Assembly: GCA_951406725.2 (NCBI GenBank)
Contig: OX597833.1
Span: 26,846,001 to 26,910,000, forward strand
Length of the DNA: 64,000 bases
Direction of reading: 5' to 3'
DNA from: Octopus vulgaris
Lineage: Eukaryota
Every line of letters starts with the position of its first letter. Positions within the stretch are counted from its first letter, which is position 1. The position numbers and the translations under genes were made by a program. Shown piece by piece: positions 1-13,487 of this stretch. The notes beneath the pieces are model-generated. The model worked only from the letters and a program-made list of their open reading frames with translations. It did not search any database and had not been told where the DNA came from.

Positions 1-41
1 AGTTGTTTTAAGAAAATTTGGTTTAAATGTATGACAACTCA

Positions 42-74
42 GCCCCGTCCATTGGATGGGGGGGGTTTGCTCGT
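42..74 (+). mobile_element. Possible Helitron 3' terminus (GC-rich hairpin followed by CTCG|T)
   Basis: CCCCGTCC-ATT-GGATGGGG hairpin followed about 8 nt later by GCTCGT, similar to the Helitron hairpin + CTRR/T end. Very short, so weak. Confidence 0.3.
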
Positions 75-76
75 AT

Positions 77-130
<54 letters not shown>

Positions 131-132
<2 letters not shown>

Positions 133-290
133 GACGGGCTTCTTTCAGTTTACGCCTACTAAATCAATTCACAAGACTTTGGTTGTCCCGACGCTATAGT
201 AGAAGATACTTGCCCTAGGTGGCACGCAGTGGGACTGAACTCAGAACCATGTGGTTGGGAAGCAGACTTCTTACCACACAGTCACGCCTG
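131..290 (-). mobile_element. tRNA-derived CORE-type SINE (family A), 5' half
   Basis: Reverse complement reads GGCGTGACTGTGTGGTAAG (A box) ... GAGTTCAGTCCC (B box) ... CCTAGGGCAAGTATCTT (CORE-like); homologous to the copy at 8023-8392. Confidence 0.85.
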
Positions 291-403
291 TATTTTGATA
301 TACATATATTCACACATGTACATCTATATGTATGTATGTATGTATATAAATATATGTGTGTGTGTGTGTATGTGTGTGTGTGTTTTTATGTGTGTGTGTG
401 TGT

Positions 404-530
404 GTGACCGCGTGCGCATCGTTGGCGATTTTCTTACTCCGTCTTCCCTTCTTTGGACTTTTTCTATATTTCTGATGAAGACTTCCGCTCGAAGCGTTGT
501 TAGTTTTTCTTGTTCATGTTTGGATTGACT
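404..530 (+). mobile_element. Solo Penelope-like terminal repeat unit with degenerate minimal hammerhead
   Basis: Colinear with 50215-50423; carries CTGATGAAGACTTCCGCTCGAAGCGTT at 472-498; ends at (TA)n. Confidence 0.7.
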
Positions 531-1331
531 ATATATATATATATATATTGTGTGTGTGTTTGTGTGTGCATGTGCGTGTGTGTGTAAAGTTATAAACTAA
601 GGGAAGAGAAAATAGATAAATAGAAGAATAGATTTGTAGATATATTTGCCTGTGAAAGCTAATATAGATATTTGTATTTATATCTTCGCATATGCCTGTA
701 GAATTTCTGTATGTACCAATTTTAGATTATAGGAAAGATTCCATCTTTCTATCTTCACATTATAATTCAACACTGCAACAATTTTGCATCTATATCCTCT
801 CCATTATGTAACTATATTCCAAAAACTAACTGACACACTCAATTATTAATTCACCAGAGGGCTCTTAGTGGAAGCTAATATATAGTTTTTTTTTGTAGGT
901 TCTCAGACAACATATCTAGAAAGTATATAAAAATATTATAACAGCCTCCAGGAGCGCATTTATACACACAATTAGTGATAAAACATGAAGAAAACAACGA
1001 GATATACTAAAAAAATACTACACGAATAACACAACAAAGATGGCGTTGGACAGCGCATTTCATTGTGACGAGATAAAAAAAGAGTCTAAGAAAGTAAGAG
1101 TGGTCCACTGGCATGCACTTAGTCAAGAAGGATAAAGCAAACAGAGCATGAGTGAAAATATGCATATATACAAGTTGGCGACATACTGAGATATACATGT
1201 ATATATGTGAGTGTGTATATATGTGGGTGTGTATGTATGTATGCGAGCGCGCGTATGTGTGTGTCTGTATGTGTAGTTATACAGACATATGAATTAGTTA
1301 CATATATGTCTGTGTACGTGTATAGTTAAAG

Positions 1332-1383
<52 letters not shown>

Positions 1384-1984
1384 AACCATGTATATAGACA
1401 TATATATATGGATAGACTTATACATATATAAACGAAAAACTATATACATATATACAAATAGATAGATAGATAGATACGTATGTGGGTGGGTGTATATGTT
1501 TTCACCCGTCCACCGATACGCTACAGTTTAGCACGGACGGGATGCATATATATATATATATATATGAAGGAGAAATATTTAATCGTCACTTAATACGACT
1601 GCAGCCCCTGTGAGCATTCATGTATACATTTATATGCTTTTCCTACAATATTAGAAATTTTAGCTCTTATTTCTAGCAATGCAGGTGCCTTGACACAGCA
1701 TAGTCGCGTTAAGTGATGATTATATTTTTCTTGAATGGTATCACATTGCGCATGATAGTTTATATTAACCTTTGTATACACATTAGCGATCCGCTAATTC
1801 ATCCATTTGTCTATATCACAGAGCTCGAATGGATGGCAAAGTCAACCTCTACGGAATTTGAACTAAGAACATATTAAAAAGGTAATGTGAACGTAATAAG
1901 AACGTAAGGAACCTGAACGAATACCGAGAGTCTATTTTTCCGTCTCTGGCAGTTCTATGCAATTAAGCAATAATTATGATAAAG

Positions 1985-2019
<35 letters not shown>

Positions 2020-4819
2020 TAAATGCACCATGGCTCAACAGGAAAAAAAAAGATATACGCAAACATACGCACGCACCCGCGCGCACGCGTTTTCCCTCTC
2101 TCACTCTTCTAACTTCAGAAACCAAAGACCTTGAGGTCGTGACTTCAATGTTGTTGAAGCCCAAAAGTAGAAAAGAAACCGAACAAAGATAAAACTCCTT
2201 TCGACTGCCGTCCGGTTTGTGTTTCAGTTCTACACGTGGCAACGTATTTATGGCAGCTCTGACAAGTTAACCTCGATCGACTGTTAATAAGTAGGTGTCA
2301 GAGCAGAGAGTTGAAGAAAAATGGCGAGACAATAAATGTGACATGTAAGAGTAGTATTTGTTTAAAAGAATACGGTATTGTTTCAGTAGACACCCACATC
2401 TACGCTATAACTCTCTTCAATCACAAACATAGTTATATGCACACACACGCACACACACACGCACACACACACGCACACACGCACGCGTACATGAATAGAA
2501 ACAAAGATTTCTTGTTAAGTACCGTAATTTGACGCGTGTGTCTTCAGTTAGACTCAGTGTGCAATGTATTGTTGTGATTGCAACACTATTATTTCCTCCT
2601 GAAAAAGCAAAAGGTAAAACACGAGATAGGCCTCCAGTGATTTTTTTTCTCACCGCTCTATCAGATTTCGATTACTCTTTATGCTGAGTATAGAAGAAAT
2701 AAAAGTGTACATCTACATAAACTCGGATCTAAAGAATTTAGCCAGTTTTTCTACATTCATGTTGTAAAGCTTTCACTTTTACATTACATTAATTTTAAAA
2801 CGCTGCAGAGGTTAAATGGAAATTAAGTTGCACTTAAATATGTGCTTAAAATCGCAGCGAAAGGCATATAATGATTAAACTATATGCTTATGTGTTTTCA
2901 CTCTCTAATTAATTGATGATGACAACATTTGCACTGCTATGTGGTTGAGATTGACCCCTTTGGTTTTATTTGATTTCGTGTATACTATAACTATAAGCAT
3001 TTATTCGCGCTGTGGTTAGGAAAATTAATACCCAATCTCTAGTGAAGCGGTACAAAACGCTGAAACTACACAAATTGATTTATCTGATTAGATACAAAGA
3101 GAAAAAAGGGAAAATATTGACACTTAAGGAGAGTATCTAATTTTCATGTATAAACTAACGACGTAATGTATACTGAATGTAAAAACGAACGAGAGACAAA
3201 CAGAAGGTCCGTAATTCTTCATCAGTTATCGACCATCTGGTAATATTCAGTTTCGCACCTTTAATGATAAGACTGAGTGCTTCCGAATTGACGGTGCCCG
3301 CAGAAAAAAGTTTTCTTGCGGAGAATTAGGGACAAGAGTAAACAAAACAAGACAAGCAAAACAACACAGAGTGTGATTTAGGACGGTGAGCGAGGACGAA
3401 CAGTCGAACAAAATACGGCCTTGGGGGAAAAGAGACGAGAATAGTGGATAACGCTTAGAAAATGTCTTGAATGATGGAGAACGGCAAGACAGAGAATTTG
3501 CGACTGGTCATCTACGGGACCCGTGTAAAAAGAAAGAAAAGGAGGAACTGGCCGCTAGTCATGTGATAGCAGCAGGCAGAGGAAAAAAAGCAGCAGGGAG
3601 AGGAAGCGACATAGAAAAAAGTGGGGAAAGGGATGACGGGGAAAGAGAAAGGAATTCAAAAGAGAGAGAAAAGGATTAAGTAGAAAGGCTAGAGTAGAAG
3701 TGAGAGGGTGAGAGAAAGAAAAGTGGAAAGAATGAAGGTAAGAGAGAGAGTCACACGGTTATATAAAAAAACTTACTTGTTAATACAAATATATATACAT
3801 GTGTTGTGTGTGTGTGTGTGTGTGTAGTGAGGAATTATCACAGTAAAAATATCAGTTGCTGCCTTGTATGCTGCAGGGGATTGGAAAACATACGTTTTGC
3901 GGGGTCAGATGAAAGTATCACGGTTTTTGCAAAGAATCAAATGAATAAATAAATGAACAACAAATTTTCTAACACTTTTGTGGCCAACTCATCAAATCTC
4001 TATCTACTGTTTGCCCATTCTCTTTCCATATACGTTCATATACAGCCATTCTGATTTCCTACTTCATTCGTTGGAATAACTGATAACGTGAAACACAGAG
4101 TTATATCAAGAGGCTTAACTTCTAACCCTTTCTTTAGTTATTAGAGTATTCTTATTTCTGTTGATATTGTGGTAGTTCTTACTACTTTTAATGAAGATGA
4201 TGTTGGTGGTAGTAGTGGTGATGCTGTTTCGTTCGACCTTTCACTGACATTCTCAATTTAGATGTTGACTTGGACGTTCTTAGCATTTCTATCTTTTTCA
4301 ATGTTTTCTTCATTCTGTTCTGACCGGTGTTGTTGCTGTTGCTGTTCGTGGTGATTTTGTTGTTATGGTTATTGTATATACATAGCTGTCGTTTTCTGCT
4401 ACGTTACTGTGTTGCATCACAGTGTTATTGGTAGTGTAAGATATCTGTTTATATATTATCCGAAAAATAAAATAGAAAAGAGTAATTATGTTGTTTTTTG
4501 CGTGTTTTTTGTTGTTGTTGTTCTTTTGCTTTCAAAACAAAAAATGTCAAGGTAAGCATTAATTAGGGAAATATAATTACCATGGTAATCTTGCCAACTT
4601 TCCACCTCCCATTTCTATTCAGCCATCGATCTTAATGTCATTTTGTATAGAGAAACTGTTTGGCGATATACGACTGGAACACAAGTAACTCTTCTAACTC
4701 CACTCTAACTCCAAATAACCTTTCTTTATTAGTTTTGCTACAGATAAAATAATAATGATAATGACGAAGAAAATATTTCTGTTACTGCGGAGATCAGAAT
4801 ACTGAGTAGGTGTCCGGCA

Positions 4820-5030
4820 CAGAACAGATAAGTTAAATTTTTATGGGTAGTTGGGCCCCTTTGAGGCAAAATCCTCTTGAGATGGTGTCTCGATAAAAAT
4901 ACTGGTGGCAATGAAACTTTATCACTTTCCTCAGTGTGAGACTAATGGATAAAAATACAATCAAAGGTGGAACTTCAGGTGAAGGACTCTCACCCTGTAG
5001 ATGTCTTCTGGGTGAGAAGCACAGTATTCC
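4820..5030 (+). mobile_element. Probable 3' UTR of a Dong/R4-like LINE ending in (AAT)n
   Basis: Ends in GTCTTCTGGGTGAGAAGC...(AAT)n, similar to the GTCTCTGGGTGAGAC 3' UTR motif of the Dong-like copy at 26389-28180. Confidence 0.4.
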
Positions 5031-5072
<42 letters not shown>

Positions 5073-5076
<4 letters not shown>

Positions 5077-5650
5077 GAAAGAGTGTGACCCACTTGGTAA
5101 GTGTATATGATAGCCTTGCACAAAAAGAATACAAAGGCCACCACGATAAAGTGTGTGCGTATCTTCACTGGCTCTTATGCCGTAAATACCAATATGCAGT
5201 AACAGAGAACTGGTATGAGCATGTACCAAGTAAAGTTATGCACTAGGATGGAAAAGTAACGATACTCTGGAACTATGATTTTCAGACGGATAGTATAATC
5301 GAACACCGTCGGATATTGTCATATTGAATATGAGAGACAAATACCGTCTGATCACTGATGTAGCCATACCAAATGACATGAATATTGTGAGTAAAGAGGC
5401 TAAAAAAATCACCAAGTACTCTGAATTGAAAGTGGAAATGGTGATCAGAGCCTTGGGCTCGATCCCATTGAAACTTCAAGACTTCTTAAGCCAACTGGAA
5501 ATCTCATGCAAGATTGATGTCTTGCAAAAAGCAGCCTTATTGGGCACGGTGCACATCTTAAGGAAAGTATTGTCTGTCTGAGGTCCTTGTTGTGACTTGG
5601 CAGATGATCAAACACTCCGGTGCATATTTACCTACGCTGTGTTACGAAGG

Positions 5651-5652
<2 letters not shown>
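5073..5652 (+). mobile_element. 5'-truncated Dong/R4-type non-LTR retrotransposon (restriction-like endonuclease C-terminus + 3' UTR)
   Basis: Frameshifted translation THLVS...LAQKEYKGHHDKVCAYLHW...WYEHVP...VTILWNYDFQTD...ITDVAIPND...KITKYSEL...ALGSIP...LQKAALLGTVHILRKVL; flanked on both sides by (AAT)n. Confidence 0.9.
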
Positions 5653-5945
<293 letters not shown>

Positions 5946-6000
5946 ATAAAATAATGAGGTTAATCAGATGATATCATCAAAAATCTAAAAGAGAAAGCTT

Positions 6001-6060
6001 TTATAAAATGGTAGGGGCCTTATAAAATGGTAGGGGCCTTATAAAATGGTAGGGGCCTTA
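6001..6060 (+). repeat. 19-bp perfect tandem repeat x3 (TTATAAAATGGTAGGGGCC)
   Basis: Directly visible. Confidence 0.95.
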
Positions 6061-6079
6061 AGCAAATAAAAATCAGGTT

Positions 6080-6262
6080 CTATTTCACTGGTGCCAAGCT
6101 TGGGCACCGCCTTAAGGTATTTAGTCGAGCAAATCTACCTCAATACTAATTTTTTAATGTTCGATACCTAGTATGATTAGTATGTCTAATCAAGCTTTCC
6201 GAACCGTAAAGTTATATGGAAATAAGCAAGACAACACCATTTGTCAACATGAGGTGGAGACA
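6080..6262 (-). mobile_element. SINE family A, 3' half (degraded)
   Basis: GCACCGCCTT...TTAGTCGAGCAAATC and TTCCGAACCG match the reverse complement of the tail of 8023-8392. Confidence 0.65.
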
Positions 6263-6879
6263 TACACCACGCCAATATATACATATACATATATGCATAT
6301 ACAAATATGTGTGTATGTGTGTATATATATACGACGCACTTCATAATCACACAACCATAACTGTGTATATATATACCATACACACACACACACACACGCA
6401 TATGTATCTGTATGAATTTCTATATATTTATATATGTAATGAGGTGTTTCTTCGCAATTGTCTGACGAAGAGTTTGCTTATGATGCAGGCTCTATGAAGT
6501 GCATTAACCACTTGCATCTGTAATATGACGCCATGTGTTGCAAATACCTAGGAGTCTAATGCAATTAACATTTGAACTAAAACCTGACTTGCTTAATTGT
6601 TGCATGTCGAGTGCATCCAGTCATACGTAATATGCATCTATAAGTATATATAGCTATATATACATACACATATATACGTAAATGTGTATATACATACATA
6701 TATATATATATACATACATATATACATATATGTATATACACATCTATACATGTATATATATACGTATATGCATGTATATATATATATATATATATATATG
6801 AATTGAATTCAGTTGAACTTGTTTCAGATCACGAGCTGTGGCCATACTGGGGCACCACCATATATATGTATTTTCGTAC

Positions 6880-6912
<33 letters not shown>

Positions 6913-8022
6913 CGTGTGTGTGTATGTGTGTGTGTGTGTGTGTGCATACGCACAGGCACACACATACATACAAATAAAGCCTCTGTATATGAAGTAGGAT
7001 GTAAAAGTCAAGAACTGGAAACCATATATGCATATATATCCTTATTCTTCAAGTGTAAATGTTTATACACACATTTTTACTTATGTCACTTCAGATATGA
7101 AAATTTGACATAAATTTCACATATTAAGTGCAATGTATAAACTTGTTTATAGACACCCTTCGCTGTGTTTGATAATTTTGATAATTGTAGCAAAATAACA
7201 ATCATTTTATCATCATCACCATCGTCACTATCACCTTTTTTTTTTGTTCTTCATCCATATTATCTATCGTAAATATAATAATTTCCAAACAGCATTCTTT
7301 ATTTTCTGATGTACATAAGTTGCAGCTCTACTCAGATATATTCTTAAAAATTGGTTCCTTCGAGCGGGAATTATTTTTATCAGCCGCCATTTGTATTTCT
7401 GTATTCATTTATATGTTTTAACGAAATGTTCTGGATTCGAGCTATTAGAAATAGGAATTGAGATATGATTAGTGGTATCGTGATATATAATTTATTACGT
7501 CTTTTGGTACGATGACAGATTTTTCTTAGAGATAAGCCATAATATTATTCCCCTGGAGTTGTTTCTTTTCGCTCTTTTCAAAGAACGAAATAAAGAAAAC
7601 ATCATTTTGATTTTAAGTGATTGTTGCATCTTTCTTTACACTCCTATTACTACAGCTTCGCTACTAAAGACGCAAATACTTTTCATTGATATCAATGTCC
7701 TTTTTTCTTATTAACCCTATCGTTATCAATAACCCACTGATCACTTATTTTTTATGAAAGCTATCTTCTCTACTTCTATCGATTATTCTTCATGCTAAAC
7801 GAAAATTTAGTAAGTCGTTGCAAATACAATTATTTAAAAGCATTCACATAATCCTATACATGAGGACAGATAGCCGTATCAGAAAGGAGCTCGTCCACAA
7901 GTACACACGTTCGCATAAATGCATGCATACATAGCAACACGCATAAATGCCATACTTTAGAGACAGGGACACGCACACGCTCAGAAATAGGTACAATCAT
8001 TTATGCATCTAAATATATATAT

Positions 8023-8390
8023 AGTGGCTGTGTGGTAAGTAGCTTGCTAACCAACCACATGGTTGCGGGTTCAGTCCCACTGCGTGGCATCTTGGGCAAG
8101 TGTCTTCTGCTATAGCCCCGGGCCGACCAATGCCTTGTGAGTGGATTTGGTAGACGGAAACTGAAAGAAGCCTGTCGTATATATATATATATATATGTGT
8201 GTGTTTGTGTGTCTGTGTTTGTCCCCCTAGCATTGCTTGAAAACCGATGCTGGCGTGTTTACGTCCCCGTTACTTAGCGGTTCGGCAAAAGAGACCGATA
8301 GAATAAGTCCCGGGGCCGATTTGCTCGACTAAAGGCGGTGCTCCAGCATGGCCGCAGTCAAATGACTGAAACAAGTAAAAGAGTAAAAGA

Positions 8391-8392
<2 letters not shown>
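8023..8392 (+). mobile_element. Near full-length tRNA-derived CORE-type SINE (family A) with internal (TA)n(TG)n
   Basis: TGGCTGTGTGG A box, GGTTCAGTCCC B box, TTGGGCAAGTG CORE-like motif, internal microsatellite, tail ending ACTGAAACAAGTAAAAGAGTAAAAGAG; many homologous copies in the window. Confidence 0.9.
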
Positions 8393-8432
<40 letters not shown>

Positions 8433-8489
8433 AATATATGCATATCATACATATGTGTACATACCTGCATATATATGTAAATATACATG

Positions 8490-8590
8490 CATATATGGGT
8501 ACAGGACATCAAAAAATGTTGAACACAATGAGAAATGAAAACAAAAACAAAAACATAGAAACAAAATGTTTTTAAACAACGGAAAAAATA
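8490..8590. repeat. Interspersed repeat; second copy at about 57398-57500
   Basis: ATATGGGTACAGGACATCAAAAAA..GTTGAACACAATGAGAAA..GAAAAC is shared by both sites. Confidence 0.8.
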
Positions 8591-9001
8591 ATTGCATATC
8601 GGATTTGGCTCACCAAGAGCTGCAGTTAAGTACTGATCTTTGTAGAGCTTAAAATTCCCTTTGAGGCCTCCATTAGATTTTCAGAGCTTATGACATGCAC
8701 GGCATTGAAAGGTGTGCTTGGCATTGAAAGTTGTGAGTGGCAGTTCGTCTTTCATAGGTCCGCAAATGAGATTAAAACCCAGCAAAAGAAAGGCATGTTT
8801 TGTCACAAAGTATGCTGCGCACAAAAAGTCACTGAGCTTCAGCTTCTCGATTGCAACATTCTTCTATAAATCTCTCTTGAGTCCTGCATCTATTATCCTG
8901 GCATCCTTTAACGTTTTAACTCCACACTTTTGTTCGCCATCCAGCTCGATCCAAAGCACCGTTTTCTATGGCAGTTCTTATAGCGTCCTTAAACCTCTCC
9001 C
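8590..9001 (-). mobile_element. RTE-clade LINE 3' fragment
   Basis: Minus-strand translation RFKDAIR...ALDRAGWRTKVWSGVK...CDKTCLSFAG..SHLRT matches the RTE C-terminus with its terminal zinc-finger-like motif. Confidence 0.75.
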
Positions 9002-10089
9002 TATATATATATATATAGTATATGCACACCCGCGTGCCAATACTAATTAATATTTGTTACAACTAATACAATTGCTCTACTATTATACATATGTGTGCCC
9101 ATATGTGCGCCTGCGTGTTTTTTTCTTCCCATTGTTCTACACCTTGGTGCAACCGATATCGAGTATTATCTAAGAGACTAGAAAACGTTGCTTTTTCCGC
9201 TAGTTAAATGTCCATAAAGAGAGTCCACTTACGCTAACCAGCTCGACGGAAATATTGATATACTGACAGAGAGGGAGAGATAGAGATGGATGCACAGAGA
9301 GATGTTATAATTTTACTTATATAATGAAGGTTACCTCCATTCAACAAGGCACTCAATGCATAAACAGTTTAATTATACCTATTTGAATATTGACCTTACG
9401 AGTGATCCTCTATGAAACTCATCAGGCACCCAACACCGGCAGAAACCAACTTGTGTTAACTCTTACACAAAACTTTTTGAATTCGCAAAAAAAAAGAAGA
9501 GATATAAATGAATGAATAATTTAAGAAAACACAAATATTTTATAAGTAGTTTCGTAATGGAAATGTTTTATGATTTTAATAAAAAATAATTGCTCAAGCA
9601 AGTTAATATCATACGACTTAAGAAAGCGATAAATATTTAAATTATACTTGGAAGCCATAGACGTGATTTAGAATTATTTCATTTTTAGTTCTTTGAGAAA
9701 AATAATTGGAAAAATGAGGTAAAAATAAAAGAGAAGTAACAGTTGATAGTGAGATTCACGTGTATTATAAGGAGTTATGTGCACTACAAAGTATGATATA
9801 TGTAAATATATTTTCTTGCAGAATTTAATAAAAATCTAGAATTGGACTCTGATATTTCAAGCTCAATACAGGTATTCATAAATTGTATATATATATATAT
9901 ATATATGAAAATTTATAACGCATTTGCGTATACATATTTAATACATGTACATACGCCAGTATAATACATATACATGTTTAATATATAAGTGTGTAGGTGT
10001 CTGAGTGTGTTGCGTGAGTGTGTGAGTGCGTGAGCGTGAGTGTGTGTGTGTGTGGATGTGTGTGTGGGTGTGTATGCATAAAATCGATT

Positions 10090-10800
10090 AAAAAGAGTGC
10101 AGCAGAAAATTCGGTCAATGTCCCCCTTGAGATAGAAAATTGAAAGGAGAGAAATTAATCAGGCACACGAGAGTTTGACATCCACTAAGTTTTTTAAAAT
10201 GGCTGCAACTGATAAAGAACGCAGGGATGCGTGAGTTTCATACTTAAACATCAAGTGGTAGAGAAACAGAAGCAACGTGAAGAGGAAGTAGAATGGCGTA
10301 ATGAAATAAGGAGAAGGAGGCAAATGTGGGCTGAAGGGAAATGATGGGAGGGAAGTTGAAGGATAAGAACGGGTTTAATGAATTAAGAAGAGATGTAGGA
10401 GTAGAAGCGAAAATATTAACTTAAACCTGTCGGTGACATGGTGCTAATTTCGAATATGAAACATTGTTCCACCCACACCTGTTTCCTGAAGTAAGTGTGC
10501 CCATGGTTTGCGGTGATGTCGCCCATTGATGATTGTAACAACAGGTATCGAATAATCGAGGAACATATTTAAAAGAACCTGGTCGTGTTGGGCTGTGTGT
10601 TATGGCGCTTCTTACTAGGATATTTCTGAAGCTGTTGTTTGGTTTTTATTTTTTTAAAGGCGAGGAGAGATGGTCGAGAAAGACAGGAGCAATTTTGGAG
10701 GTTAGAATGTAGAATAAGTATGTTACGGGTGAGTTTATCTTTGAACTTAAGGATGGACGGGTGGAAAGTGAGAGAGAGAGGATGGAATATGGTTTATAAA
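10090..10800 (-). mobile_element. Highly degraded Neptune-like Penelope element remnant
   Basis: Minus-strand fragments PLSLTFHPSILKFK...AFKK...FRNILVRS...PGSFK parallel the RT-EN linker of the copy at 33768-35750. Confidence 0.5.
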
Positions 10801-10939
10801 ATGTTCTTCCTCTCACCCCAAATGCACCGAATCTGCCAACTCTTTCTTTTAATTCCCTTGTTTTGCAGTCTGTGCAGCGATGATACGATTCCGAATCTCA
10901 GTGTCAAACAATGCGACAATTCTTCCTAAATTAAGAGTA

Positions 10940-11730
10940 TACTCGATAATTGCCGGTGACTTCAGACAAAATCTGCCTGTAGTTTCTCAGGGTACTTGCC
11001 TGAAAATATTATCTGAAAAGATTGAACCTTCTACTAGTGACCTTGATGGGGATACTGCTGCTAGTAGTTTTTTTTATCTCACTATTGATGGGAAATGGAT
11101 TTCGTAGAAGAAACCTGAATGACGTCGTCTTTACAAAGATTTACAAAGATTCTAATCAGGCAATATGATCGCAATGAATTGGCTCTGTGAATGTACAATT
11201 TTAAGAACAAAAGATGTCACTGAGACAAAACCATAGAGAGTACAGATTCTACAATTGAATAAACTAAGTCAGTTCCCATGAGCAGGATGCAAATAATCCA
11301 ACAGGGCTACTGAGTAACGCTGAAACAGAAAAAAACATCTCGACAATCTGATACTGAAAAATGGGTTGTTGCTCATGCAACATTGTCAATGAGACCACCT
11401 GATATTTTACAGGCATAAGGCTAAATATTGAATATAGAATACCTGAAGTTCTAGAGGTCGCAATTATGACAGGGGACTTTGCTGGAGATAGTTATTTCAA
11501 TCGTAGTAAATGTTTTCAACCAACTTATTTCCCATTTCAATTTCTAAGGCTTCAATTTCCTCTCAGCAATATATCTCACAAGTAATCCTTTATAATTGTT
11601 GGAATAAACATTATGGATTCTATCATTTTATGAGAATAGATTAATGCTGGCACTTAAAATGCTGGAGAACCTTTTATCATAGCGTCATAAAGCAAAGCCT
11701 TGAACGTTTATCACAAAGCTTGGGAATGAG
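10940..11730 (+). pseudogene. Helitron PIF1-like helicase C-terminal remnant
   Basis: IIAGDFRQNLPVV (GDxxQxLPV motif), NWLCECTIL, VLEVAIMTGDFAG, PTYFPFQFLRLQFPL; many stops and frameshifts. Confidence 0.8.
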
Positions 11731-11979
11731 CACATAAATCAACGAAGACATTCAGTCCGACGTAAATCTGACTTCAATAAAAATTAACAGAAACACTAAT
11801 TCATTAGTCAAATACTTTGCAGTGCTACTTCGATTGCACGCAGACATCGCTTGTCCTACATTTCATCAAGCCACAGTGTATAGTCTTTGTATATAATATG
11901 TTTAATAGCTATATGAGGCAGATATAACAGCAAAATATTCTTCAGTTTACGAATCACGAACCAGCGTATCTACTATCTC

Positions 11980-12038
<59 letters not shown>

Positions 12039-12042
<4 letters not shown>

Positions 12043-12358
12043 GGAGTTTAACGCAGGTGTAATCAAATATTTTTACTTTCGACACATGTTTCGAAAATTC
12101 CACTGATACTATTCAAAAGAATATTCTTTTGAATAGTATCAGTGGAATTTTCGAAACATGTGTCGAAAATAAAAATATTTGATTACACCTGCGTTAAACT
12201 CCATTTTTTATTCACATATTATTCAAAATATTCAACGTAAACACGAAGTTTCTACCTTTATAAACAAGGAGTTACAACACCTTAACTTGTGAGATTTTTG
12301 CTGCCCTGGTAACTATTTTTTTTTCCGTGTTAATTGTTAACAAGGTAAAACTACACTA

Positions 12359-12365
<7 letters not shown>
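12039..12365. mobile_element. Inverted (fold-back) Naiad-like PLE terminal repeat inside (TA)n
   Basis: 168-bp palindrome 12039-12206 with 1 mismatch and no spacer; each arm has GAAACATGTGTCGAAA (3' half of a hammerhead), homologous to 25483-25499 and 59339-59355. Confidence 0.8.
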
Positions 12366-12421
<56 letters not shown>

Positions 12422-12463
12422 CATACATACATACATACATACATACATACATACATACATACA

Positions 12464-12497
<34 letters not shown>

Positions 12498-12770
12498 GTG
12501 GTGTGAAATTTTACTGGTGACCACCTCTGTTGCAACCTGCGGTTGCTTTTAGTTTAAGGGACAGAGAGAAATAGGGTTTGCTAAGAAATAAAGGATGAGA
12601 GAGAAATTTCCGTCAAGGTGAGAGAATCACTGAGAGAGAGAGAGATCTTTTTTATATACTTATTTTGTTATGCTTCTATATAATGCATTCTTGTTTTTCT
12701 TGTTTTTTTTGCAAGTTAATTACTCTTTAGTCACTTGACTGCAGCTATGCTTGAGCACACCATATTATAT

Positions 12771-12807
<37 letters not shown>

Positions 12808-12815
12808 CATACACG

Positions 12816-12872
<57 letters not shown>

Positions 12873-13199
12873 GGTGGGGTCGGGTGTAGCCAACATAGGA
12901 AAGCTGAATGGACATACGTGCTATATCTTCTTCAAATTGCTCCCTGCTCTCTCAAGTGTCCATATAAGTATCTAAGTATATGTGTTTGTTCTTTCTTCCT
13001 TCACTGACATTGCCAGGTACCCAAGCTTTATTATTAAAAACTTTAAATGAAAAACAAAATGCAATTCTCATCCTCAAGAGCGTTATTTTGTAACTACCTT
13101 ATAAATTTGCCTCTGTTGTTGATATTAGCGCCTAATTTATTCCTTAAGTAAAGCAAAGCGTAATTCTTAATGAATTAAGAGGGACCTATTAATAAGTAC

Positions 13200-13487
13200 G
13201 GTGAGGCACATGGCCTAGTGGTTAGAGCAGCGGACTCGCGGCTTCGAATCTCAGACCGGGTGATGTGTGTGTTTATGAGCGAAATATCTAAGCTCCAGGC
13301 GGCTCCGGCAGAAGGTAATGGCGAACTTCTGCTGACTTTTTCGCCACAACTTTCTCTCACTCTTTCCTCCTGCATCTTGCAGCTCACCTGCGACGGACCG
13401 GTGTCACGTTCAGATGGGGAACCTATACGCCAGGGGAACCGGAAAACCGGCTCTTATGAGCCAGGCGTGGCTCGAGAACGAACAAAT
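13200..13487 (+). mobile_element. tRNA-derived SINE with V-domain-like motif
   Basis: TGGCCTAGTGGTTAGAGC A box, CTTCGAATC B box, CCTGCGACGGACCGGTGTCACGTTCAG resembling the V-SINE domain (recalled, not searched). Confidence 0.7.

Noticed and set aside
6001-6060. Short direct repeats (also 15997-16066) as a CRISPR-like array
   Set aside because: No spacers, no cas genes, eukaryotic context; simple tandem duplication.
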